From Carcharhinus amblyrhynchos (taxonomy: Eukaryota), in NCBI GenBank assembly GCA_965287045.1, contig OZ336897.1, forward strand, positions 10,726,001 through 10,790,000: a DNA stretch of 64,000 bases, given 5' to 3'. A program made the position numbers and the translations under genes. Positions 10,739-22,370 of this stretch are shown piece after piece (within the stretch, counting starts at the first letter, position 1; every line of letters starts with the position of its first letter). The notes beneath the pieces were generated by a model. It was not told the origin of the DNA. It worked only from the letters and a program-made list of their open reading frames with translations, and did not search any database.

Positions 10739-12029
10739 TACAGGGGAGATCCCAGAGGATTGGAGAATGTCGTTCCTTTGTTTAAGAGTAGCAAAAATAA
10801 TTCAAGTAATTACAGGTCAGTGAGCCTTACACAGTGGTAAGGAAATTATTGGAGAGGATTCTTCGAGACAGATATATTCCCACTTGGAAATAAGTAGACA
10901 TACTAGTGATAGGCAACATGGTTTTGTGAAGGGCAAGTCCTGTCTCACTAACTTGATCAAGTTTTTTGAGGAAGTGACAAAGATGATTGATGAGAGTAGG
11001 GCAGTAGATGTTGTCTACATGGACTTCAGTAAGGCTTTTGACAAGTTCCCTCATGGCAAACTGGTGCAGAAGGTGAAGTCGCATGACATCAGAGGTAAGC
11101 TGGCAAGGTGGATACAAAACTGGCTTGGTCAAAGACGACAGAGGGCAGTAATGGAAGGAAGCATTTCTGAATGGAGGGCTGTGACAAGTGGCGTTCCTCA
11201 GGGATCAGTGCTGGGACCTTTACTATTGTAATATATATAAACAATTTGGAGGAAAACGTAACTGGTTTGATTAGTAAGCTTGCAGAAAACACAAAGGTTG
11301 GTGGGTTTGCAGATAGTGATGAGGGCCATCAGATGATACAGCAGGATATAGATCAGTGGGAGACTTGGGCAGAGGTAGCGAATGGGGTTTGATCCAGACA
11401 AATGTGAGGTAATGCATTTTGGAAGGTCTAATGCAAATAGGAAACATACAGTAAATGGCAGAGCCCTTAAGAGTATTGTTAGGCAAAGGCATCTGGGTGT
11501 ACAGGTACACAGGTCACTGAAAGTAAGAAGGTAGTCAAGAATACATACAGCATGCTTACCTTCATTGGCAAGGACACTGAGTTTAAAAATTGGCAAGTCA
11601 TGCTTTATAGAACCTTAGTTAGGCCACACTTGGAATATAGCGTTCAATTCTGGTTGTCACACTACCAGAAGGATGTGGAGGTTTTGGAGAGGGTACAGAA
11701 AAGATTTACCAGGATGTTGCCTGGTATGGAGGGCATCAACTACGAAGACAGGTTGAAGACATGGTTTGTTTTCACTGGAACGACAGAGGTTATGGGACGA
11801 CCTGATAGAAGTCTACAAGATTGAGGGGCATGACTAAAGTGGATCATCAGAAATTTTTTTCCAGGGTGGAAGAGTCAATTACTAGGGAGCACAGTTTAAA
11901 GTGTGAGGGACAAGGTTTAAAGGAGATGTACGAGGCAGATTTTTTTTTACACAAAGGGTGGTGGGTGCCTAGAACTCTCTGCCGGTGGAGGTAGTAGAAG
12001 CAGATACGATAGTGACTTTTAAGGTTTTT

Positions 12030-12590
12030 AAACCCTCAGTGAAGAAGTTTCTCTTCAAAGAAACACAGCAAATAGAAGGAGGAGACTATTCAGCCCTTCA
12101 GGCCTGCTCCATCATTCAGTTTGACCATGACTGATCAAATTCAATATACTGATTCCGTCTTCCCCCAAACTCCCTGATCCCTTTAGCCCCCAAGAGCTAT
12201 ATCTAGTTTCTTCTTGAAATCACACAACGTTTGGCCTCAACTATTTTCTGTGGTAGTGAATTCCACAGATTCTCCACTCTCTAGATGAAGAATTTTTTCT
12301 TCACCTCAGTCCTAAAAAGTCCTTAACCTCAAACAATAAGCTCTAGTTCTGGATTCTCCCACCATCAGAACATGATTTCTGAATCCACCCTGTCTAATCC
12401 TTTTAGAATTTTCTAAGTTTCAACTCCAATTAATACAATCCTAACCGATTATCTCAAGATTTAAAAGATAACTCCATATTCTGAGACTTTGACCTTTAAT
12501 TCCCAACCCAGGGGAAACCTCAGCATCTACTCTGTCAAACCTCTCGAGAATGATATGTTTAATTGAATCACCACTCATTGCTCCAATTTA
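12030..12590 (-). mobile_element. CR1 LINE 3' fragments
   Basis: Antisense CR1 3' UTR and ORF2 end (ggagactattcagcccttcaggcctgctccatcattc; gaattccacagattc). Confidence 0.8.
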
Positions 12591-12639
12591 GTTTATTTCC
12601 AAAATCTAATTGCAAATGGGCATCATTAAAATTCACTCC

Positions 12640-12830
12640 TAAGGTCACAAAAATTGTGCTTATAAAGTATCTTAAGTATCCCAAGCAAATTATCAAGACG
12701 CAATCAAAAACAAAATATATTCCGAGCCAACCTAGGAGATATTAGGAGTAACCAACCAAATGGCTGGTTAAAGACATTGAAGGTTTTAAGGGAGGAATGG
12801 GAGATAGAGTCACTTAGGAACAGAATTTAA
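12640..12830 (-). mobile_element. Degenerate L2-like LINE 3' fragment
   Basis: ccgagccaacctaggagatattagg...accaaatggctggttaaagac...ggttttaaggg resembles shark L2 3' ends, by recall. Confidence 0.4.
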
Positions 12831-12914
12831 AAGAATGTAACCTGTTGCAAATCTCTAATCTGCAATTCACATATTTTAGAACAGAATTTGTAGTTTTAGA
12901 AATTGAAGTTTTAA

Positions 12915-14030
12915 CTGTGGCAAATGGGGGTACCTAGTTGAGAAACTGGTTAAATCAACCCTCAAGTAAATGCTATTCAAACAAGTTTGGAATTTATTGA
13001 CCCCAATCTTTTAATTTAAGTTAATAGCTAGAAAGGCGAGCTCATAAAACAGAACTTGGGCTCACTTAGCTAAAGAATTGGACACATGATGTTTACAGTT
13101 ATTTCAATAAAGGATGTTATTCATGTGGTTTCCCAGAATTAAGGAAAGCTTTGGAATTAAAAGGTATTTCGTTTGCATATCTACCTGCAAAGAGGCCGTG
13201 AGCAACATTGCCATGGAGATGCAAGAAGTTTAGTGAGATTCTTTGTTTTGAATTATCTTTGAATTAGGTTAGCACACAGCCAGCAGGCAAGACTGTGTCA
13301 AGAGAAGCAGCTAACACGCTGCACCAGCTTTGGGCATTATGAAAGCAGCTCCTTAGAAGTTGAGAGAAATAGGGTAAACGTTAGATTTGTCATCCAGGAT
13401 GCAGACTGCAATTGGGAGCTGATATTCAGCACAAGACAAAGTTGGTACAGGGAAAACTAAACTGGAAGATTTGTTTAGCTGGAAAAAAGAAATCTACAAT
13501 AATCTCAAAAAGGGCAGTTAATTTTCTTGAAGTCGGACTCCTGGAAGTAATCAGTTTGAGTTTGAAACTATAATAGCAGGCTGTTGGAAACCAAGTGTGG
13601 TCTCTGATGTTTTAAGCCACTACTTAGGTGTCACAAGAAAACCCATGCTAGTCGTGAGATTGGCGGAATAATTGAAGAGTTGATTAGCCACAAACTGATG
13701 GAATGACACCTCCCCACTCTTTAAACCTTATACCTTGTTGAATAGCTGAAATCTTCTTGGCAGAAGATAAGTAAATTCCAAGAGGTTGTGATATACCTTT
13801 TGAGTAGGTCTGAAGAAAAGTAAACAAACTTTAAAGGTTTCATGAGATAAGGGAACTCTAGCAGGAAATAGTAGAGGTGGATTTATAGCATAACTCTTCA
13901 TACACTATAGAATTACATTAGTGATGTTCCGCTTTGTTTAATTTTCTATTATATACAATACAGTTTGTTTTTGTTTAAAGGTGTGAAATCTTGCAGCATA
14001 GTTGTCGGTTAACTGCAATCTGTGGCAGCT
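12915..14030. mobile_element. Possible degenerate solo LTR or unclassified repeat
   Basis: About 1.1 kb block with G/T-shifted composition, starting TGTGG and ending in a T-rich tract. No TSD or clear CA end was identified. Confidence 0.22.
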
Positions 14031-14501
14031 GCCTACAGTGTGGAAGGAATATGAAAATTGTGGCAGGAGTCAAAATTTACCTTGCAAACAATTTAAAGGC
14101 AGGATAGCAAACAGGCATTCTGTCAAAGGGTTGAGGCAGGTGAGGGTCAGAAGTTGGAGAAGAGATATTTAAAATGGAATTGTGGGAAAGAGTTCACGTT
14201 CAATAACTTTGAAAATGCACCATGAAATTATTGTCCACCACTCTTTTGTTGAACTCCAAAAACATGCAAGCCTAAACAAGTTCCTTTTGCTATAGAGGAC
14301 AGGTATCTGCATATGAATATATGCAGCTCCTAGCAAGCATAAGTGAGCTACAAAGCTCAATTTAAATTGGTTGAGAGTGTAATAAACGAGCACACTCAGG
14401 ATTATCCAGCAAATGCTGTCCAATTGTGAAAGATGCATTTTCCTGACCATGTGTTTTTTGAATTAAACAAAATGTATGGGGGACAATAGTTTTTTGGTGC
14501 A

Positions 14502-14515
14502 GTCTCCATGGCAAC
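14502..14515. promoter_or_regulatory. RFX X-box match
   Basis: GTCTCCATGGCAAC (reverse GTTGCCATGGAGAC) in non-repeat intronic DNA. Motif match only. Confidence 0.3.
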
Positions 14516-14859
14516 AAATCAACCAGAATCCATTTGCCAACTAATAGGCACCCTTTCTCATGCAGTACAAATTGTTGCTTCCTTTGAAATTGAGCGTCCT
14601 GATGACTACAAGATGAGCAGCTTCAATAGCATGTCTCTTTTTTTCAGCATTTATGCAAACTCTCTCAATGGGGTAAAGGGGATTTAGGAGTACAAATATG
14701 TGAAACACGAGAAGTTGCAACACAAGTCAATACAGCGATAACGAAAACAAATATGTACTAGCAGTTATATAATGATAGAATGAAAAGTAGAAACACGTTG
14801 TTAAAGTCCATCAAACCTTGGTTAGACTACACTTGAGTTCCACTGAATGCATTATCAAA

Positions 14860-15310
14860 AATGATACAGGAGGAGCAAAAAAAGGGTTTACTGGGATAAT
14901 ACCAGAACTGAGGAAATACCCCATTTTCGCTTGATAAGTTGAGAAGTGACTTAACAGGTAAAGGTTTTGACAGATAGATCAAGACACAGACAGTGCTCTT
15001 CCACTTGTAAGAACAAACTAGAGGTCATCAATATAGTGAGAAACCAAGAAATCAAAAAGGAAATTTGGAAAAAAAAAACCTTCTTTACCTAGAAAATGAA
15101 TAATTGAGGCAATTAGTAAGGATGCATTTGAAGCTGGAGAACAACGTTTAAGGGAAAAGGGAATAGAGGGTTACAATGATAGAGTCAGATGAAGAATGAA
15201 CAATCCATGCTGGACCAATTAACTTGAGAAGACTCAAGTTAATTGGTCCAGCATGGATTGTTGGACCAAATGGCTGGCTTCCGCGCTGCACACTCTATAC
15301 AATTCTATGG
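14860..15310 (+). mobile_element. Old CR1 LINE 3' fragment
   Basis: aaactagaggtcatcaatatag...cttctttacctagaaaatg...aagggaatagagggttac, with a tail ending ctctatacaattctatg. Confidence 0.7.
15199..15262. repeat. Perfect hairpin: 30-bp stem, 4-nt loop
   Basis: aacaatccatgctggaccaattaacttgag-aaga-ctcaagttaattggtccagcatggattgtt. Confidence 0.95.
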
Positions 15311-16857
15311 ACCGATTCATTAAAGGTAACAGTGCTCCAAATAACCAGTTTTCACCAGGTGGGAAAAACTTGGACTATGCAAAACAGCTGAACACAGGTT
15401 GTGTATAAAAATCAACTTGTCATTAACAGGGCCCTAAGCTCATCTTGAGTTACAAAGTAGTAAAACTGAATAGAAATTCATTGTGGTGTGGGTTTGGAAC
15501 AGAGAAGTACATTTCAAAACATATTTTTAATACTTTGGCAGGCACTAAAGGACGACCATAATTAGAGAATGTTCGATCTAGACATACCTGGGGAAGGGAC
15601 AGGAACAACATGCTTTCAATAGCAAACTGGATACTTCATAAATTAGCCAGTTTACTTAGCTTTACAAACTACACCCTTTCTGCAAATTATAAACAAAGTG
15701 CTTGATGACCATGGTGTGTTTAACATTTGCTTTCAGGTAGATGCTTGATCATCAAAAAAAGGAGTGAAAACTAGGTCTGGAACCCAGTACAGCAAAGGAG
15801 CTAATATGGCTACTAAATGTTACAACAGTCACTAATGCTAATAAGTTAATCAGCTTGTATCCAGTAATACACTTAATATACCTTTATAAAGAACACTACT
15901 TACTATACATTTACCCAGGAGCAGGTTTGCGTAAAAACCTCCAATTTTTTAAGTTTTACAAAACTTTGCATTAGCAAGTTCCAAAATTGTGTAAGGGAAC
16001 CATTGCTCCGCTGCATAGAATTGAAAAACTATTTATAAAATGTGGAGAAGTCAACTTGCCAATTGAAGGTTAAATGAGATCTGGAATAAATGACAGGCTA
16101 ACATTAGCTCCTGAAACTTCAATTGTTTGCAATGGTTGAGTCCCTTTGAGTTGAAGGTCAAATTAAAGAGCTTGGTTTGGGAGGGGGGCAGGTATTGAGC
16201 TGAAGGACAAATTAACGAGTTTTGTTTGGGAGGGGTGCGGGTAGGAGGATGTAACATGATCACAATAAGCCTATTGTGCCTGATCTATTGCAAATCCTTC
16301 TCTTTTGTCCACCAACATGAACAAAAGCCATAACTTCGGATATTGCCCTGCATAACTGTTCCATTCTTTCTAAAAGAGTCAGCACACTCTTAAAAATATA
16401 ATGTAAGGAGTGCAAAGAAAATGGAAGTCGCAGACCTATTTCCCTCGTTCCAAAAGCAGTCCTGCTTCTTCCTCAAGCAGCACGATGAATTCAATTCAAA
16501 ATATAATTAGCATATTAAAAAAAAATTAAAATAGGTCATTGTTCCTAGGTGAACATACAGCTGTAGATGTAGAATTAAATTTGTCATTTTCATTAACACA
16601 ATTTACACTGGAGGAATTATTATGGTGACTAAGTAAAAACAGGAAAGGCTGATGATCCATCACTCATATCTTAAAATAATTAAACATTTATAATTAAGCA
16701 ATTTCATTTCAGATGTTCATAAAACAAGTCATGACAGATGCAAACTTTTAAAGTATTTTCAAACCAGATAAAACTGTTTCTTTTAAAATCGGGTTTCTTA
16801 TTTTCAGCTCAAATGCTACAGCAATGGGAACAAGACTATTTTGGGACTATTTCTTAC

Positions 16858-17308
16858 CGAGACTAGTTGGTTTGATCAGTTCATCAAGAATGTCATAAAA
16901 GGGCAGTTTCTGCAGTTTTACATCCGGGTGGACAGGATGAAGCGATGACGTCAGGTGTGGCAGGTCTAGTTCGTGTTTAGGTCCCAACAGAGAAACAGCA
17001 AGCAGCGGAGAAGTTGTTGCATGCCCATCATAAGAGAGCTGTGGGATAGCAGCTGGCGACAGTGGTGTAGTCATGGAAGTTGAAGTTGTATGGACAGAAG
17101 AAAGGGTCAGGTCAGCAGGGGTCACAATCTTCTGTGGGAATCTCCGCCTATATAGTTCCTTAATTTTCATCTGAACAGCTGGGCTGCAGCCAGCTTTCAA
17201 CAAATGCAGTGCCTTTGTCAGGAGTTCGTGTTTGCGTCCGTGTTTGTTCCGTCCAGCATAGCCCAATAACACTTGGAGCTCCGACACTCTAAGGCTCATA
17301 ACCATTTG
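16858..17308 (-). CDS. PIAS1: PIAS1 coding exon 2 (451 nt): SAP domain with LXXLL motif, linker and start of PINIT domain
   Basis: QMVMSLRVSELQVLLGYAGRNKHGRKHELLTKALHLLKAGCSPAVQMKIKELYRRRFPQK matches mammalian PIAS1 as I recall it, and the exon ends LQKLPFYDILDELIKPTSL. Acceptor is tttttctctcttttcctcttccttgtttaaAG (17310-17309) and donor is G|GTAAGA. Confidence 0.97.
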
Positions 17309-18509
17309 CTTTAAACAAGGAAGAGGAAAAGAGAGAAAAAAATCATTAATAGGAAAATGTTATCTTGTAACGCAAAAATATGATACCTCATGCGTCCCGT
17401 TATAAATCACTTGAAGCTTTCAAATCAGGACCCAGTTCAAGCAAGGGTTGACAAATTAACCAAAATCCAATATCCTAAACAGACCTAACCTGGGAGCAGC
17501 ACCTCACTTAAGTAACTTGTTTTTAGTTGAATTCAGAAAAGTTTGATCTTCTTTGATTTTAGTTTATTAGATTCACTTCATAAAATACTTGCAGATGTAA
17601 TGACAGCCATTCCAAAATAACAACCTATCTCTTCATTTAGCACATCATCTGATAGCCTCTTTGCTCCAATTCAAATATTAACATTGGAATCTCGCTCATT
17701 TATAATTGATAACATTGCAGCAATAACAACTACGATCAAATTTTACAACTCCACCAGATTAGCCCGCTGTAGGATACAGATTTAGATGAACATACTTTTC
17801 CTCCTCAGGTCTGGAAAAATTGTTCTATTTATAGGTCATATAGTAGAGTAAGATTCTACTCTTTGCTACTTTTGCAAACTATTCCCTTTCTGAAAATTCT
17901 TAAATAAATTGCGATTTGTTATGTGATAAAGTGCGCACTTGCAGGTTTCCAGGTTTGTCATATTTAATCGTATCATGCAGAAGTGACCGTATAGCTGAAC
18001 AAGTGAAACGCCATTGAACAGTTAGAGCTATCACAACACTAATTCTGTTTTTTGTTTACACAGCAAGGTGACATGCAACAGGAAGACACGGTACAATGGT
18101 GAACTGCTTATAAAGAAGATATACAATAAATCAGCAGCATCTATATGTTCAACAGATCAGGAGAGATCTTGAGGAACTACTTTTATACTAACAGAATTAT
18201 ACACAGCTTGCGGCAGTCTTCAGTTTGGAAAGCCACATAAAGTTTACTCAACACTGCCATTTGTCTGCTGTGTTACTAACAACCAGCTACAAACTTCATT
18301 ACGTGTTTTGCGCACAAATTGATTTTGGTTGTCAAAACAATTTCAATTTTCTGAATGATTTTTAGCACCATGCGCCTTGCAATAAATACACTCAAATTCA
18401 GAGCAAAAAGATGAGCATAAAAATATAGATTTCCCCATTACTTTCAAAATAAAGTATAGTAAATGGCCATAGCCCACAAAGGATTATACGCCCAAATGGT
18501 CATATATAG

Positions 18510-18645
18510 CTTGAGGAGCACCACACTGGGACAAAGAGATGGGGCAAGCCTCCATCAACTATCACAGCCAGTATGGGGATTGAACCCACGCTGCTGGTCT
18601 CATTCGGCACCATACTTTAGCCATCTAGTCAAATGAGATGGCTGA
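18510..18645 (-). mobile_element. Short tRNA-derived SINE (same family as 50105-50290)
   Basis: cagccagtatggggattgaacccacgctgctgg...gccatctagtcaaatgag is an antisense B/A-box head. Confidence 0.6.
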
Positions 18646-18656
18646 ATCCCACAATT

Positions 18657-18935
18657 GGGCAGCACAGTGTCACGATGGTTAGCACTGCTACCTCACAACG
18701 CCAGGGACCAGGGTTCGATTCCTGGCTTGGGTTGGGTTGTCCGTGTTGGGTTTGCATGTTCTCCCCATTTGGGTTTCCTCCAGGTGCTCCTGTTTCCTCC
18801 CACAGTCTTAAAGATGTGCTGGTTAGGTGCATTGACCCAAACAAGCACCAGTGTGGTGACTCAGGGAATTTCACAGCAAGTTCACTGCAGTGTTAATAAT
18901 AAGCCTGACTTGTAACTAAAATAAAACTTTTACTT
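18657..18935 (+). mobile_element. HE1-like V-SINE (alternative tail)
   Basis: gggcagcacagtgtcacgatggttagcactgctacctcac...gggttcgattcc, V-domain, and tail gcagtgttaataataagcctgacttgtaactaaaataaaacttt. Confidence 0.88.
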
Positions 18936-19908
18936 AATGCAGATATGCATGTTAAAAACAGGGCACCACTTTTAGCCAGATTATTTGCTGTTGTTGCTTT
19001 CCTGAAGTCTATTAGCAATTTATCATTGTTCTCAATTGTCAGGATTTTGCACCAACTGACAGTATAGGTGGATTTTGGGTGAGGCAGGCATTCACCAATT
19101 GAGTTTATGCTGCAACAACTTGTGCAAACATTCATAAATCCAAAGTAAAACCTGTCAAGCTCAAAATTATAATGAATAATGTTTGACGTGGAAACTCTTC
19201 AATCCCTAGTTGCAGGCAAGCATGTCAGTGTTGTTATTGCGGCAACAGTGATTTGTCTTGTTGTGACATCACTGGTCTAAGTGTGATGCAACAGAACAAC
19301 AATTATTTTTAAACATTTGTGTCCCTGTCAGTCTTTGCAAAAAGATAAAATGACACAGCAGCACATTTGAACACAGTGACAGGTTAGAGATAGAAAATGA
19401 ATGCAACAATCTCGGTCAAGGCACAAGAGATGCACTCGTTTTAATTTCAAAGTGTCTAAACATATGGTTACCTTTTCAGTTAGCATGAGTTAACACCTGC
19501 ATTTTCCAAATATATATGAATTATTGCCAACTTTTATTTCCTGTTCTGATCACCTTTTGAAGTGGTTAAAAAGTGCAATGTGCTCTTCCTCGCATTGCGC
19601 ACAGAAACCAAAACAAGTTCTTTTACTTAAAATACAAAACATACTTTTTCACCTTTCTTGTCTCTAAGATGGTTTTCATCAAGACCCCGGAAATTAGCAC
19701 AAAAGGCAAACACAGAAAGAAACACTAGTCAGGTTCATGGTCAGGTTTTCAGTTTCCTGAAAACAGAACTGATATTGCAAAGTGTATTTTCTTAACTGTA
19801 TCGAGACGAGTGAAAAATTAAGTGTTTATCCTTCCCTCTCAGACAAGCTTTCCACAGTTAATTCTAAATGAAAATTCTAGTTGTAGAATTCAGTCTTGTT
19901 TCCCCAAA

Positions 19909-20270
19909 GGTGTCAGCTATAGCTCAGTGGTAACACTCTCACCTCTGAGTCAGAAAGCTGTTGGTTCAAGTACCACTTCATCGTGAGCACAAAAAATCTT
20001 GCCTGATCATTCTACTGCATAGAGTGCTGCACAGTTGGAAGTGCCCCCTTTCAGATTTGATATTAAGACCAGGCTCTGTCTGTAAAAATCCCTTGGCTCT
20101 ATTTTAAAAAACACAGAGGTTCTCCCTGTTTTTTTTTTAAGTAATGCTCATTATCATATTGTTGTTTGTTGAGTTTCCTGTGTGCCCCATTTCCTATATG
20201 GCAACAGTTAGTAATGACCTTCAAAATTACATAGTTAGCTCTGAAGCATTTTGGGATGTTCTGAAGTTGA
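19909..20270 (+). mobile_element. DeuSINE (SacSINE1-like)
   Basis: tRNA head gtgtcagctatagctcagtggtaacactctcacctctgagtcagaa, Deu-like core (gagtgctgcac...ggaagtgccccctttcagat...gtaaaaatcccttggc) and L2-like tail (tgaagcattttgggatgttctga). Confidence 0.72.
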
Positions 20271-22184
20271 CATTCGGCCAAACTGGTCCATTCTGTAGTT
20301 TAAGTGCTCCGCATAGGACTCCTCCCACCCTAACAACACACCTTTTTATTCCATTCTCCTTTGTGTTGTCTAGGTTCTCCTTAAATGCATTATTCCATTT
20401 TTTAATTCTATTCCATAAGCCACGATCACTTGCAGTGTAAAACTGCATCCTTAACAGTAGATTGAACAACCAGATAATACTGAGAACCTCCAAAGGGCAG
20501 TGGGAATTTTATGCTATAGGTCTCTTTTTCCAACAGCAGAGAGAGAAAAACAGACATTTCTGGCCCAACCCTGTCTTCAATGATAATGTAACCCATTTAA
20601 AAGCCAGTTCACTTCATCTCATTTTAAAATCATCTAAAAGGACAAGAAAGGTGAAAACCTACATGTTCCGTATTTTAAGTAAAAGGACTTGCTTTGTTTT
20701 TAGTATACAACGTGAGGAAGTACACACTGCACTTGCATGTCTTTTTAACCACTTCAAAAGGTGATCAGAAGAGGAAATAAAAGTCAATGGTAATAATTCA
20801 CCTCTATAAATTTGATCGGACAGCAAGGGACATAGGTTTGGAAAGATTTCTGCATTTACAGAATTCAAATTATTTTTTAAAAGCAGAATGCTCATTCTGA
20901 TGTCTCAGGATAATTAAGGAGGAATTGTTTCAGTATTGGAACAAAGCAAAGGCAGCACAGAACATTCCCCACAATTAGCACATTTTATGGACAGACCAAA
21001 ACACATGTAAAATGGCACCAGGTTTCCACAAATTCAATAGAGCAGAAGAGGCCCTTCTTTAGTTGAATCACTTTCAGCAGCTTCTAAGAATAGCTGGGTT
21101 CGTATACAGCGATGGAAGTACACATGTGAATGTTGTGCTCAGGTTGAAGGGTTTTGGGGGAATTATTATTACCTTCCACGTTTTGTACCCCAGTTCAAGA
21201 TCAAGCATTTCCAAGACAGGGCTAGCACAAACAGGGGCACAGAAAATCTCCTTTTATTTTGTTTTGTTGAACAATTTGCTTCTGCATAAGCTCAGAAAAG
21301 CTTTCCTTATTGCACCAATGCGTCAATTCTGTTACCCTTCAATTATATTTTATTAAAACTAGAAAAATACCAAAGCTTCTTTCACTCCACGTAAAACTCT
21401 CCTGTGGAAAATCCGTCACACTGAAGCTAGGCTTTTTTGTGCAGATCATTGTATCAAAGCTCAGAAATCACATTCACCTAACTCACTTATGTAAAATGCA
21501 AAGTCTACAGAATCTTTTAAGTTTAATATGCCAAAAGGGAGAACATGCAGTCATGCAGGGTGAGGTTTAGTTTTTCCACTCCATTATGGCTTTGTTTGCT
21601 TTTAATGCCTAAAGCTCTGACAAAAATAGAAGTTCTAACCAGTTCAAGTAAAATATGAGTGTAAGTAGATAAAACTCAAATAAACACTGACATAAATAAC
21701 ATTGAGTAAGATGTAGAATCTTAAAAAAACAATGCATTTGACTACTACTTAGGGTGGGAGTGAGTGAGGGTGGGACAGAAAGAAGGGAAACTGACCAGTA
21801 TATAAAATGGTATCAGGATTTACTCTTAGAAAATCCCCAACAAAGCAACTTTAGTAAAGATCTACAGTGCTCCATTCAAGTGAACAATGGGAAACCAGAA
21901 CTTCGGAGGAGAAATCTTTACTTTTGCAACAATATCAGAGTAATAGGTTCCAAACATATGTTCATCCAATCCTGGACTTTGCAAGTTGTGTATCCTTACA
22001 TGACAAAAGAAATATTTATAGATTATTTGATTCAAAGATTTGCTGCAGAAATTAGTATACACCAGTGTCACATCCTTGATCAAAGATATAGAATGGGAAT
22101 GACTACAGCAAAAGGTGGGGGAAAAAAGTAGATCGACCATGGACTGGTGGGAATTGACAGAAACAAGTACCTGGTGCCCTCTGG

Positions 22185-22370
22185 CAATGACAAGGCACAA
22201 GATAGCCATCCACAAACGACAACATATTTGTTTCCAAGACAACAATCTGCTTCCCAAGATAATCCCACAGCGGAACAAGCTGCCAAAAGAAATAGTCAAG
22301 GCCCCATCACTTGAAATCTTCATGATTCGTTTTTGGATTATTTCCATTTATCAGGGCTAACACATCAGTA
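22185..22370 (+). mobile_element. Very old CR1 fragment
   Basis: cagcggaacaagctgccaaaagaaatagtcaaggccccatcacttgaaatcttc reads NKLPKEIVKAPSLEIF, the CR1 ORF2 end. Confidence 0.6.

Larger units (their letters stand above)
9400..12025 (+). mobile_element. CR1 LINE with frameshifted ORF2 (RT), split by a Penelope insertion
   Basis: ORF pieces [41 protein letters not shown] and RPHLEYSVQFW in several frames. The sequence reads through (ATGEIPEDWR) once 9886-10750 is removed. Confidence 0.93.
32..16857 (-). other. PIAS1: PIAS1 intron 2 (16,826 nt, GT-AG, phase 1)
   Basis: Donor GTAAGA at 16857-16852 and acceptor AG at 33-32. Joining the exons gives ...KPTSL-A-SDNGQRF in frame. Confidence 0.9.

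Noticed and set aside
16847-17305. Stand-alone 152-aa ORF ending ...SLGKK
   Set aside because: It is an internal exon. GKK-stop is read-through of the splice donor, and the frame continues in exon 3.
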